Source of the DNA: Antedon mediterranea
Taxonomy: Eukaryota; Animalia; Echinodermata
Assembly (NCBI RefSeq): GCF_964355755.1
Contig: NC_092670.1
Coordinates: 28,012,388 to 28,076,387, forward strand
Direction of reading: 5' to 3'
Length of the DNA stretch: 64,000 nucleotides
The stretch's first letter is position 1. Every line of letters begins with the position of its first letter. A program made the position numbers and the translations under genes. Below, in pieces: positions 1 through 11,609 of this stretch. Under the pieces are notes generated by a model. The model ran no database searches. It saw only the letters and a list, made by a program, of their open reading frames with translations, and was not told the origin of the DNA.

Positions 1-88
1 AAACGTCTCCAAATGCGATTTGAAGCTATTCTAAGCACTTTTGTGTTTTTATGTTAACAAGTTTTTTCGAAAATCACAAAATGGTCTA
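1..88. repeat. Representative near-canonical 88-bp monomer
   Basis: Counted directly from aaacgtctcc to atggtcta = 88 nt. It contains the palindromes TGTTAACA (52-59) and TTTTCGAAAA (64-73). Confidence 0.97.
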
Positions 89-340
89 AAATGTCTCAAA
101 ATGCGATTTGAAGCTATTCTGTACACTTTGCTGTTTTGTGTGAATAATTTTTGTCAAAATGCTCAAAATGGTCAAAAACGTTTTTAAATACTATATTAAG
201 CTATTTTGTGTTCTTTGATGTTTTTGTGTGAAAAGTTTTTTCGAAATGCTCAAAATGGTCTAAAACGGTTTCTAATGTGATTTTAAGCACTTTGATGTTT
301 TTATGTTAACAACTTTTTTAGAAAATTACAAAATGGTCTA
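89..340. repeat. Divergent three-monomer cassette A-B-C (87+87+78 = 252 bp), first example; recurs about once per 0.65 kb
   Basis: A is 89-175 (TGTACACTTTGCTG...GAATAATTTTTG), B is 176-262 (CGTTTTTAAATAC...GTGAAAAG) and C is 263-340 (CGGTTTCTAATGTGATTTTAAGCAC, 10-bp deletion). The same order recurs near 519, 1299, 2166, 2861, 3553, 4512 and onward. Confidence 0.95.
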
Positions 341-680
341 AAACGTCTCCAAATGCAATTTGAAGCAATTCTAAGCACTTTGGTGTTTTTATGTTAACAA
401 GTTTTTTCGAAAATCACAAAATGGTCTAAAACGTCTCCAAATGCGATTTGAAGCTATTCTGTACACTTTGCTGTTTTGTGTGAATAATTTTTGTTGAAAT
501 GCTCAAAATGGTCAAAAACGTTTTTAAATACGATATTAAGCTATTTTGTGCTCTTTGATGTTTTTGTGTGAAAAGTTTTATCGAAATGCTCAAAATGGTC
601 TAAAACGGTTTCTAATGTGATTTTAAGCACTTTGGTGTTTTTATGTTAACAAGTTTTTTCGAAAATCACAAAATGGTCTA

Positions 681-944
681 AAACGTCTCCAAATGTGATT
701 TGAAGCTATTCTAAACACTTTGGTGTTTTTATGTTAACAAGTTTTTTCGAAAATCACAAATTGGTCTAAAACGTCTCCAAATGCGATTTGAAGCTATTTT
801 AAGCACTTTGGTGTTTTTGTGTAACCAAGTTTTTTCGAAAATCACAAAAGGGTCTAAAATGTCTCAAAATGCGATTTGAAGCTATTCTGTACACTTTGAT
901 GTTTTTTTGTTAACAAGTTTTTTCGAAAGTCTCAAAATGGTCTA
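681..944. repeat. Second fixed-order module of three mildly variant 88-bp monomers (D-E-F), first example
   Basis: D carries TGTGATT..TAAACAC..AAATTGG, E carries TATTTTAAG..GTGTAACC..AAAGGG and F carries ATGTCTCAA..TGTACAC..GATGTTTTTTTG..GAAAGTC. The module recurs at ~3890, 4675, 12085, 12865, 19160, 21850 and later. Confidence 0.85.
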
Positions 945-3900
945 AAAAGTCTCCAAATGCGATTTGAAGCTATTCTAAGCACTTTGGTGTTTTTATGTTA
1001 ACAAGTTTTATCGAAAATCACAAAATGGTGTAAAACGTCTCCAAATGCGATTTGAAGCTATTCTAAGCACTTTGGTGTTTTTATGTTAACAAGTTTTTTC
1101 GAAAATCACAAAATGGTGTAAAACGTCTCCAAATGCGATTTTAAGCTATTCTAAGCAATTTGGTGTTTTTATGTTAACAAGTTTTTTCGAAAATCACAAA
1201 ATGGTCTAAAACGTCTCCAAATGCGATTTGAAGCTATTCTGTACACTTTGCTGTTTTGTGAGAATAATTTTTGTCGAAATGCTCAAAATGGTCAAAAACG
1301 TTTTTAAATACGATATTAAGCTATTTTGTGCTCTTTGATGTTTTTGTGTGAAAAGTTTTATCGAAATGCTCAAAATGGTCTAAAACGGTTTCTAATGTGA
1401 TTTTAAGCACTTTGATGTTTTTATGTTAACAACTTTTTTAGAAAATTACAAAATGGTGTAAAACGTCTCCAAATGCGATTTGAAGCTATTCTAAGCAATT
1501 TCGTGTTTTTATGTTAACAAGTTTTTTCGAAAATCACAAAATGGTCTAAAACGTCTCCAAATGCGATTTGAAGCTATTCTAAGCACTTTTGTGTTTTTAT
1601 GTTAACAAGTTTTTTCGAAAATCACAAAATGGTCTAAAATGTCTCCAAATGCGATTTTAAGGTATTCTAAGCACTTTGGTGTTTTTATGTTAACAAGTTT
1701 TTTCGAAAATCACAAAATGGTCTAAAACGTCTCCAAATGCGATTTGAAGCTATTCTAAGCACTTTGGTGTTTTTATGTTAACAAGTTTTTTCGAAAATCA
1801 CAAAATGGTGTAAAACTTCTCCAAATACGATTTTAAGCTATTCTAAGCAATTTGGTGTTTTTATGTTAACAAGTTTTTTCGAAAATCACAAAATGGTATA
1901 AAACGTCTCCAAATACGATTTGAAGCAATTCTAAGCACTTTGGTGTTTTTATGTTAACAAGTTTTTTCGAAAATTACAAAATGGTATAAAACGTCTCCAA
2001 ATGCGATTTGAAGATTTTCTAAGCACTTTGGTGTTTTTATGTTTACAAGTTTTTTCGAAAATCACAAAATGGTCTAAAACGTCTCCAAATGCGATTTGAA
2101 GCTATTCTGTACACTTTGCTGTTTTGTGTGAATAATTTTGTCAAAATGCTCAAAATGGTCAAAAACGTTTTTAAATACTATATTAAGCTATTTTGTGTTC
2201 TTTGATGTTTTTGTGTGAAAAGTTTTATCGAAATGCTCAAAATGGTCTAAAACGGTTTCTAATGAAATGATTTTAAGAACTTTGATGTTTTTATGTTAAC
2301 AACTTTTTTAGAAAATCACAAAATGGTCTAAAACGTCTCCAAATGCGATTTGAAGCAATTCTAAGCACTTTGGTGTTTTTATGTTAACAAGTTTTTTCGA
2401 AAATCACAAAATGGTATAAAACCTCTCCAAATGCGATTTTAAGGTATTCTAAGCACTTTGGTGTTTTTATGTTAACAAGTTTTTTCGAAAATCACAAAAT
2501 GGTCTAAAACGTCTACAAATGCGATTTGAAGCTATTCTAAGCACTTTGGTGTTTTTATGTTAACAAGTTTTTTCGAAAATCACAAAATGGTATAAAACGT
2601 CTCCAAATGAGATTTTAAGGTATTCTAAGCACTTTGGTGTTTTTATGTTAACAAGTTTTTTCGAAAATCACAAAATGGTCTAAAACGTCTACAAATGCGA
2701 TTTGAAGCTATTCTAAGCACTTTGGTGTTTTTATGTTAACAAGTTTTTTCGAAAATCACAAAATGGTCTAAAACGTCTCCAAATGCGATTTGAAGCTATT
2801 CTGTACACTTTGCTGTTTTGTGTGAATAATTTTTGTCGAAATGCTCAAAATGGTCAAAAACGTTTTTAAATACGATATTAAGCTATTTTGTGCTCTTTGA
2901 TGTTTTTGTGTGAAAAGTTTTATCGAAATGCTCAAAATGGTCTAAAACGGTTTCTAATGTGATTTTAAGCACTTTGATGTTTTTATGTTAACAACTTTTT
3001 TAGAAAATCACAAAATGGTCTAAAACGTCTCCAAATGCGATTTGAAGCAATTCTAAGCACTTTGGTGTTTTTATGGTAACGAGTTTTTTTGAATATCACA
3101 AAATGGTCTAAAATGTCTCCAAATGCGATTTGAAGCTATTCTGTACACTTTGATGTTTTTTTGTTAACAAGTTTTTTCGAAAGTCACAAAATGGTCTAAA
3201 ACGTCTCCAAATGCGATTTGAAACTATTCTAAGCACTTTGGTGTTTTTATGTTAACAAGTTTTTTCGAAAATCACAAAATGGGGTAAAACGTCTCCAAAT
3301 GCGATTTGAAGCTATTCTAAGCACTTTGGTGTTTTTATGTTAACAAGTTTTTTCGAAAATCACAAAATGGTGTAAAACTTCTCCAAATACGATTTTAAGC
3401 TATTCTAAGCAATTTGGTGTTTTTATGTTAACAAGTTTTTTCGAAAATCACAAAATGGTCTAAAACGTCTCCAAATGCGATTTGAAGCTATTCTGTACAC
3501 TTTGCTGTTTTGTGTGAATAATTTTTGTTGAAATGCTCAAAATGGTCAAAAACGTTTTTAAATACTATATTAAGCTATTTTGTGCTCTTTGATGTTTTTG
3601 TGTGAAAAGTTTTATCGAAATGCTCAAAATGGTCTAAAACGGTTTCTAATGTGATTTTAAGCACTTTGATGTTTTTATGTTAACAACTTTTTTAGAAAAT
3701 TACAAAATGGTGTAAAACGTCTCCAAATGCGATTTGAAGCTATTCTAAGCACTTTGGTGTTTTTATGGTAACGAGTTTTTTTGAATATCACAAAATGGTC
3801 TAAAATGTCTCCAAATGCGATTTGAAGCTTTTCTAAGCACTTTGGTGTTTTTATGTTAACAAGTTTTTTCGAAAATCACAAAATGGTCTAAAACGTCTCC

Positions 3901-6900
3901 AAATGTGATTTGAAGCTATTCTAAACACTTTGGTGTTTTTATGTTAACAAGTTTTTTCGAAAATCACAAATTGGTCTAAAACGTCTCCAAATGCGATTTG
4001 AAGCTAGTTTAAGCACTTTGGTGTTTTTGTGTAACCAAGTTTTTTCGAAAATCACAAAAGGGTCTAAAATGTCTCAAAATGCGATTTGAAGCTATTCTGT
4101 ACACTTTGATGTTTTTTTTGTTAACAAGTTTTTTCGAAAGTCACAAAATGGTCTAAAACGTCTCCAAATGCGATTTGAAGCTATTCTAAGCACTTTGGTG
4201 TTTTTATGTTAACAAGTTTTTTCGAAAATCACAAAATGGTGTAAAACGTCTCCAAATGCGATTTGAAGCTATTCTAAGCAATTTGGTGTTTTTATGTTAA
4301 CAAGTTTTTTCGAAAATCACAAAATGGTGTAAAACGTCTCCAAATGCGATTTTAAGCTATTCTAAGCAATTTGGTGTTTTTTTATGTTAACAAGTTTTTT
4401 CGAAAATCACAAAATGGTCTAAAACGTCTCCAAATGCGATTTGAAGCTATTCTGTACACTTTGCTGTTTTGTGAGAATAATTTTTGTCGAAATGCTCAAA
4501 ATGGTCAAAAACGTTTTTAAATACGATATTAAGCTATTTTGTGCTCTTTGATGTTTTTGTGTGAAAAGTTTTATCGAAATGCTCAAAATGGTCTAAAACG
4601 GTTTCTAATGTGATTTTAAGCACTTTGGTGTTTTTATGTTAACAAGTTTTTTCGAAAATCACAAAATGGTCTAAAACGTCTCCAAATGTGATTTGAAGCT
4701 ATTCAAAACACTTTGGTGTTTTTATGTTAACAAGTTTTTTCGAAAATCACAAATTGGTCTAAAACGTCTCCAAATGCGATTTGAAGTTATTTTAAGCACT
4801 TTGGTGTTTTTGTGTAACCAAGTTTTTTCGAAAATCACAAAAGGGTCTAAAATGTCTCAAAATGCGATTTGAAGCTATTCTGTACACTTTGATGTTTTTT
4901 TGTTAACAAGTTTTTTCGAAAGTCACAAAATGGTCTAAAACGTCTCCAAATGCGATTTGAAGCTATTCTAAGCACTTTGCTGTATTGTGTGAATAATTTT
5001 TGTCGAAATGCTCAAAATGGTCAAAAACGTTTTTAAATACGATATTAAGCTATTTTGTGCTCTTTGATGTTTTTGTGTGAAAAGTTTTATCGAAATGCTC
5101 AAAATGGTCTAAAACGGTTTCTAATGTGATTTTAAGCACTTTGATGTTTTTATGTTAACAACTTTTTTAGAAAATCACAAAATGGTCTAAAACGTCTCCA
5201 AATGCGATTTGAAGCAATTCTAAGCACTTTGGTGTTTTTATGGTAACGAGTTTTTTTGAATATCACAAAATGGTCTAAAATGTCTCCAAATGCGATTTGA
5301 AGCTTTTCTAAGCACTTTGGTGTTTTTATGTTAACAAGTTTTTTCGAAAATCACAAAATGGTCTAAAACGTCTCCAAATGCGATTTGAAGCTATTCTGTA
5401 CACTTTGCTGTTTTGTGTGAATAATTTTTGTCGAAATGCTCAAAATGGTCAAAAACGTTTTTAAATACGATATTAAGCTATTTTGTGCTCTTTTATGTTT
5501 TTGTGTGAAAAGTTTTATCGAAATGCTCAAAATGGTCTAAAACGGTTTCTAATGTGATTTTAAGCACTTTGATGTTTTTATGTTAACAACTTTTTTAGAA
5601 AATCACAAAATGGTCTAAAACGTCTCCAAATGCGATTTGAAGCAATTCTAAGCACTTTGGTGTTTTTATGGTAACGAGTTTTTTTGAATATCACAAAATG
5701 GTCTAAAATGTCTCCAAATGCGATTTGAAGCTTTTCTAAGCAATTTGGTGTTTTTATGGTAACGAGTTATTTCGAAAATCACAAAATGGTCTAAAACGTC
5801 TCCAAATGCGATTTGAAGCTATTCTGTACACTTTGCTGTTTTGTGTGAATAATTTTTGTCAAAATGCTCAAAATGGTCAAAAACGTTTTTAAATACTATA
5901 TTAAGCTATTTTGTGCTCTTTGATGTTTTTGTGTGAAAAGTTTTATCGAAATGCTCAAAATGGTCTAAAACGGTTTCTAATGTGATTTTAAGCACTTTGA
6001 TGTTTTTATGTTAACAACTTTTTTAGAAAATTACAAAATGGTGTAAAACGTCTCCAAATGCGATTTGAAGCTATTCTAAGCAATTTGGTGTTTTTATGTT
6101 AACAAGTTTTTTCGAAAATCACAAAATGGTCTAAAACGTCTCCAAATGCGATTTGAAGCTATTCTAAGCACTTTTGTGTTTTTATGTTAACAAGTTTTTT
6201 CGAAAATCACAAAATGGTCTAAAATGTCTCCAAATGCGATTTGAAGCTTTTCTAAGCACTTTTGTGTTTTTATGTTTACAAGTTTTTTCGAAAATCACAA
6301 AATGGTCTAAAACGTCTCCAAATGCGATTTGAAGCTATTCTGTACACTTTGCTGTTTTGTGTGAATAATTTTTGTCAAAATGCTCAAAATGGTCAAAAAC
6401 GTTTTTAAATACTATATTAAGCTATTTTGTGTTCTTTGATGTTTTTATGTGAAAAGTTTTATCGAAATGCTCAAAATGGTCTAAAACGGTTTCTAATGTG
6501 ATTTTAAGAACTTTGATGTTTTTATGTTAAAAACTTTTTTAGAAAATCACAAAATGGTCTAAAACGTCTCCAAATGCGATTTGAAGCAATTCTAAGCACT
6601 TTGGTGTTTTTATGTTAACACGTTTTTTCGAAAATCACAAAATGGTCTAAAACGTCTCCAAATGCGATTTGAAGCTATTCTAAGCACTTTTGTGTTTTTA
6701 TGTTAACAAGTTTTTTCGAAAATCACAAAATGGTCTAAAATGTCTCCAAATGCGATTTTAAGGTATTCTAAGCACTTTGGTGTTTTTATGTTAACAAGTT
6801 TTTTTGAAAATCACAAAATAGTCTAAAACGTCTACAAATGCGATTTGAAGCTATTCTAAGCACTTTGGTGTTTTTATGTTAACAAGTTTTTTCGAAAATC

Positions 6901-9900
6901 ACAAAATGGTATAAAACGTCTCCAAATGCGATTTGAAGATTTTCTAAGCACTTTGGTGTTTTTATGTTTACAAGTTTTTTCGAAAATCACAAAATGGTCT
7001 AAAACGTCTCCAAATGCGATTTGAAGCTATTCTGTACACTTTGCTGTTTTGTGTGAATAATTTTGTCAAAATGCTCAAAATGGTCAAAAACGTTTTTAAA
7101 TACTATATTAAGCTATTTTGTGTTCTTTGATGTTTTTGTGTGAAAAGTTTTATCGAAATGCTCAAAATGGTCTAAAACGGTTTCTAATGAAATGATTTTA
7201 AGAACTTTGATGTTTTTATGTTAACAACTTTTTTAGAAAATCACAAAATGGTCTAAAACGTCTCCAAATGCGATTTGAAGCAATTCTAAGCACTTTGGTG
7301 TTTTTATGTTAACAAGTTTTTTCGAAAATCACAAAATGGTATAAAACCTCTCCAAATACGATTTTAAGGTATTCTAAGCACTTTGGTGTTTTTATGTTAA
7401 CAAGTTTGTTCGAAAATCACAAAATGGTCTAAAACGTCTACAAATGCGATTTGAAGCTATTCTAAGCACTTTGGTGTTTTTATGTTAACAAGTTTTTTCG
7501 AAAATCACAAAATGGTATAAAACGTCTCCAAATGAGATTTTAAGGTATTCTAAGCACTTTGGTGTTTTTATGTTAACAAGTTTTTTCGAAAATCACAAAA
7601 TGGTCTAAAACGTCTACAAATGCGATTTGAAGCTATTCTAAGCACTTTGGTGTTTTTATGTTAACAAGTTTTTTCGAAAATCACAAAATGGTATAAAACG
7701 TCTCCAAATGCGATTTTAAGCTATTCTAAGCAATTTGGTGTTTTTATGTTAACAAGTTTTTTCGAAAATCACAAAATGGTCGAAAATGTCACAAAATGCG
7801 ATTTGAAGCTATTCTAAGCACTTTGGTGTTATTATGTTAACAAGTTTTTTCGAAAATCACAAATTGGTCTAAAACGTCTCCAAATGCGATTTGAAGCTAT
7901 TTTAAGCACTTTGGTGTTTTTGTGTAACCAAGTTTTTTCGAAAATCACAAAAGGGTCTAAAATGTCTCAAAATGCGATTTGAAGCTATTCTGTACACTTT
8001 GATGTTTTTTTGTTAACAAGTTTTTTCGAAAGTCTCAAAATGGTCTAAAAAGTCTCCAAATGCGATTTGAAGCTATTCTAAGCACTTTGGTGTTTTTATG
8101 TTAACAAGTTTTATCGAAAATCACAAAATGGTGTAAAACGTCTCCAAATGCGATTTGAAGCTATTCTAAGCACTTTGGTGTTTTTATGTTAACAAGTTTT
8201 TTCGAAAATCACAAAATGGTGTAAAACGTCTCCAAATGCGATTTTAAGCTATTCTAAGCAATTTGGTGTTTTTATGTTAACAAGTTTTTTCGAAAATCAC
8301 AAAATGGTCTAAAACGTCTCCAAATGCGATTTGAAGCTATTCTGTACACTTTGCTGTTTTGTGAGAATAATTTTTGTCGAAATGCTCAAAATGGTCAAAA
8401 ACGTTTTTAAATACGATATTAAGCTATTTTGTGCTCTTTGATGTTTTTGTGTGAAAAGTTTTATCGAAATGCTCAAAATGGTCTAAAACGGTTTCTAATG
8501 TGATTTTAAGCACTTTGATGTTTTTATGTTAACAACTTTTTTAGAAAATTACAAAATGGTGTAAAACGTCTCCAAATGCGATTTGAAGCTATTCTAAGCA
8601 ATTTCGTGTTTTTATGTTAACAAGTTTTTTCGAAAATCACAAAATGGTCTAAAACGTCTCCAAATGCGATTTGAAGCTATTCTAAGCACTTTTGTGTTTT
8701 TATGTTAACAAGTTTTTTCGAAAATCACAAAATGGTCTAAAATGTCTCCAAATGCGATTTTAAGGTATTCTAAGCACTTTGGTGTTTTTATGTTAACAAG
8801 TTTTTTCGAAAATCACAAAATGGTCTAAAACGTCTCCAAATGCGATTTGAAGCTATTCTAAGCACTTTGGTGTTTTTATGTTAACAAGTTTTTTCGAAAA
8901 TCACAAAATGGTGTAAAACTTCTCCAAATACGATTTTAAGCTATTCTAAGCAATTTGGTGTTTTTATGTTAACAAGTTTTTTCGAAAATCACAAAATGGT
9001 ATAAAACGTCTCCAAATACGATTTGAAGCAATTCTAAGCACTTTGGTGTTTTTATGTTAACAAGTTTTTTCGAAAATCACAAAATGGTGTAAAACTTCTC
9101 CAAATACGATTTTAAGCTATTCTAAGCAATTTGGTGTTTTTATGTTAACAAGTTTTTTCGAAAATCACAAAATGGTCTAAAACGTCTCCAAATGCGATTT
9201 GAAGCTATTCTGTACACTTTGCTGTTTTGTGTGAATAATTTTTGTTGAAATGCTCAAAATGGTCAAAAACGTTTTTAAATACTATATTAAGCTATTTTGT
9301 GTTCTTTGATGTTTTTGTGTGAAAAGTTTTATCGAAATGCTCAAAATGGTCTAAAACAGTTTCTAATGTGATTTTAAGCACTTTGATGTTTTTATGTTAA
9401 CAACTTTTTTAGAAAATCACAAAATGGTCTAAAACGTCTCCAAATGCGATTTGAAGCAATTCTAAGCACTTTGGTGCTTTTATGTTAACAAGTTTTTTCG
9501 AAAATCACAAAATGGTATAAAACGTCTCCAAATGCGATTTGAAGCAATTCTAAGCACTTTGGTGTTTTTATGTTAACAAGTTTTTTCGAAAATCACAAAA
9601 TGGTATAAAACGTCTCCAAATGCGATTTTAAGGTATTCTAAGCACTTTGGTGTTTTTATGTTAACAAGTTTTTTCGAAAATCACAAAATGGTCTAAAACG
9701 TCTCCAAATGCGATTTGAAGCTATTCTGTACACTTTGCTGTTTTGTGTGAATAATTTTTGTCGAAATGCTCAAAATGGTCAAAAACGTTTTTAAATACGA
9801 TATTAAGCTATTTTGTGCTCTTTGATGTTTTTGTGTGAAAAGTTTTATCGAAATGCTCAAAATGGTCTAAAACGGTTTCTAATGTGATTTTAAGCACTTT

Positions 9901-10301
9901 GATGTTTTTATGTTAACAACTTTTTTAGAAAATCACAAAATGGTCTAAAACGTCTCCAAATGCGATTTGAAGCAATTCTAAGCACTTTGGTGTTTTTATG
10001 GTAACGAGTTTTTTTGAATATCACAAAATGGTCTAAAACGTCTCCAAATGCGATTTGAAGCTATTCTAAGCACTTTGGTGTTTTTATGTTAACAAGTTTT
10101 TTCGAAAATCACAAAATGGTGTAAAACGTCTCCAAATGCGATTTGAAGCTATTCTAAGCACTTTGGTGTTATTATGTTAACAAGTTTTTTCGAAAATCAC
10201 AAATTGGTCTAAAACGTCTCCAAATGCGATTTGAAGCTATTTTAAGCACTTTGGTGTTTTTGTGTAACCAAGTTTTTTCGAAAATCACAAAAGGGTCTAA
10301 A

Positions 10302-10413
10302 ATGTCTCAAAATGCGATTTGAAGCTATTCTGTACACTTTGATGTTTTTTTGTTAACATGTCTCAAAATGCGATTTGAAGCTATTCTGTACACTTTGATG
10401 TTTTTTTGTTAAC
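10302..10413. repeat. Out-of-register 56-bp tandem duplication within monomer F (also at ~33787-33898, ~57273-57384, ~62782-62893)
   Basis: ATGTCTCAAAATGCG...GATGTTTTTTTGTTAAC is present twice back to back, creating the junction GTTAACATGTCTC. Confidence 0.92.
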
Positions 10414-11609
10414 AAGTTTTTTCGAAAGTCACAAAATGGTCTAAAACGTCTCCAAATGCGATTTGAAGCTATTCTAAGCACTTTGGTGTTTTTATGTTAA
10501 CAAGTTTTTTCGAAAATCACAAAATGGTGTAAAACGTCTCCAAATGCGATTTGAAGCTATTCTAAGCACTTTGGTGTTTTTATGTTAACAAGTTTTTTCG
10601 AAAATCACAAAATGGTGTAAAACTTCTCCAAATACGATTTTAAGCTATTCTAAGCAATTTGGTGTTTTTATGTTAACAAGTTTTTTCGAAAATCACAAAA
10701 TGGTCTAAAACGTCTCCAAATGCGATTTGAAGCTATTCTGTACACTTTGCTGTTTTGTGTGAATAATTTTTGTCAAAATGCTCAAAATGGTCAAAAACGT
10801 TTTTAAATACTATATTAAGCTATTTTGTGTTCTTTGATGTTTTTGTGTGAAAAGTTTTATCGAAATGCTCAAAATGGTCTAAAACGGTTTCTAATGAAAT
10901 GATTTTAAGAACTTTGATGTTTTTATGTTAACAACTTTTTTAGAAAATCACAAAATGGTCTAAAACGTCTCCAAATGCGATTTGAAGCAATTCTAAGCAC
11001 TTTGGTGTTTTTATGTTAACAAGTTTTTTCGAAAATCACAAAATGGTATAAAACGTCTCCAAATGCGATTTTAAGGTATTCTAAGCACTTTGGTGTTTTT
11101 ATGTTAACAAGTTTTTTCGAAAATCACAAAATGGTCTAAAACGTCTACAAATGCGATTTGAAGCTATTGTAAGCACTTTGGTGTTTTTATGTTAACAAGT
11201 TTTTTCGAAAATCACAAAATGGTCTAAAACGTCTCCAAATGCGATTTGAAGCTATTCTGTACACTTTGCTGTTTTGTGTGAATAATTTTTGTCGAAATGC
11301 TCAAAGTGGTCAAAAACGTTTTTAAATACGATATTAAGCTATTTTGTGCTCTTTGATGTTTTTGTGTGAAAAGTTTTATCGAAATGCTCAAAATGGTCTA
11401 AAACGGTTTCTAATGTGATTTTAAGCACTTTGATGTTTTTATGTTAACAACTTTTTTAGAAAATCACAAAATGGTCTAAAACGTCTCCAAATGCGATTTG
11501 AAGTAATTCTAAGCACTTTGGTGTTTTTATGGTAACGAGTTTTTTTGAATATCACAAAATGGTCTAAAATTTCTCCAAATGCGATTTGAAGCTTTTCTAA
11601 GCACTTTAG

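Noticed and set aside
66-82. CENP-B box (TTCG....A..CGGG)
   Set aside because: TTCG is present, but the downstream A and CGGG positions are not matched (TTCGAAAATCACAAAA).
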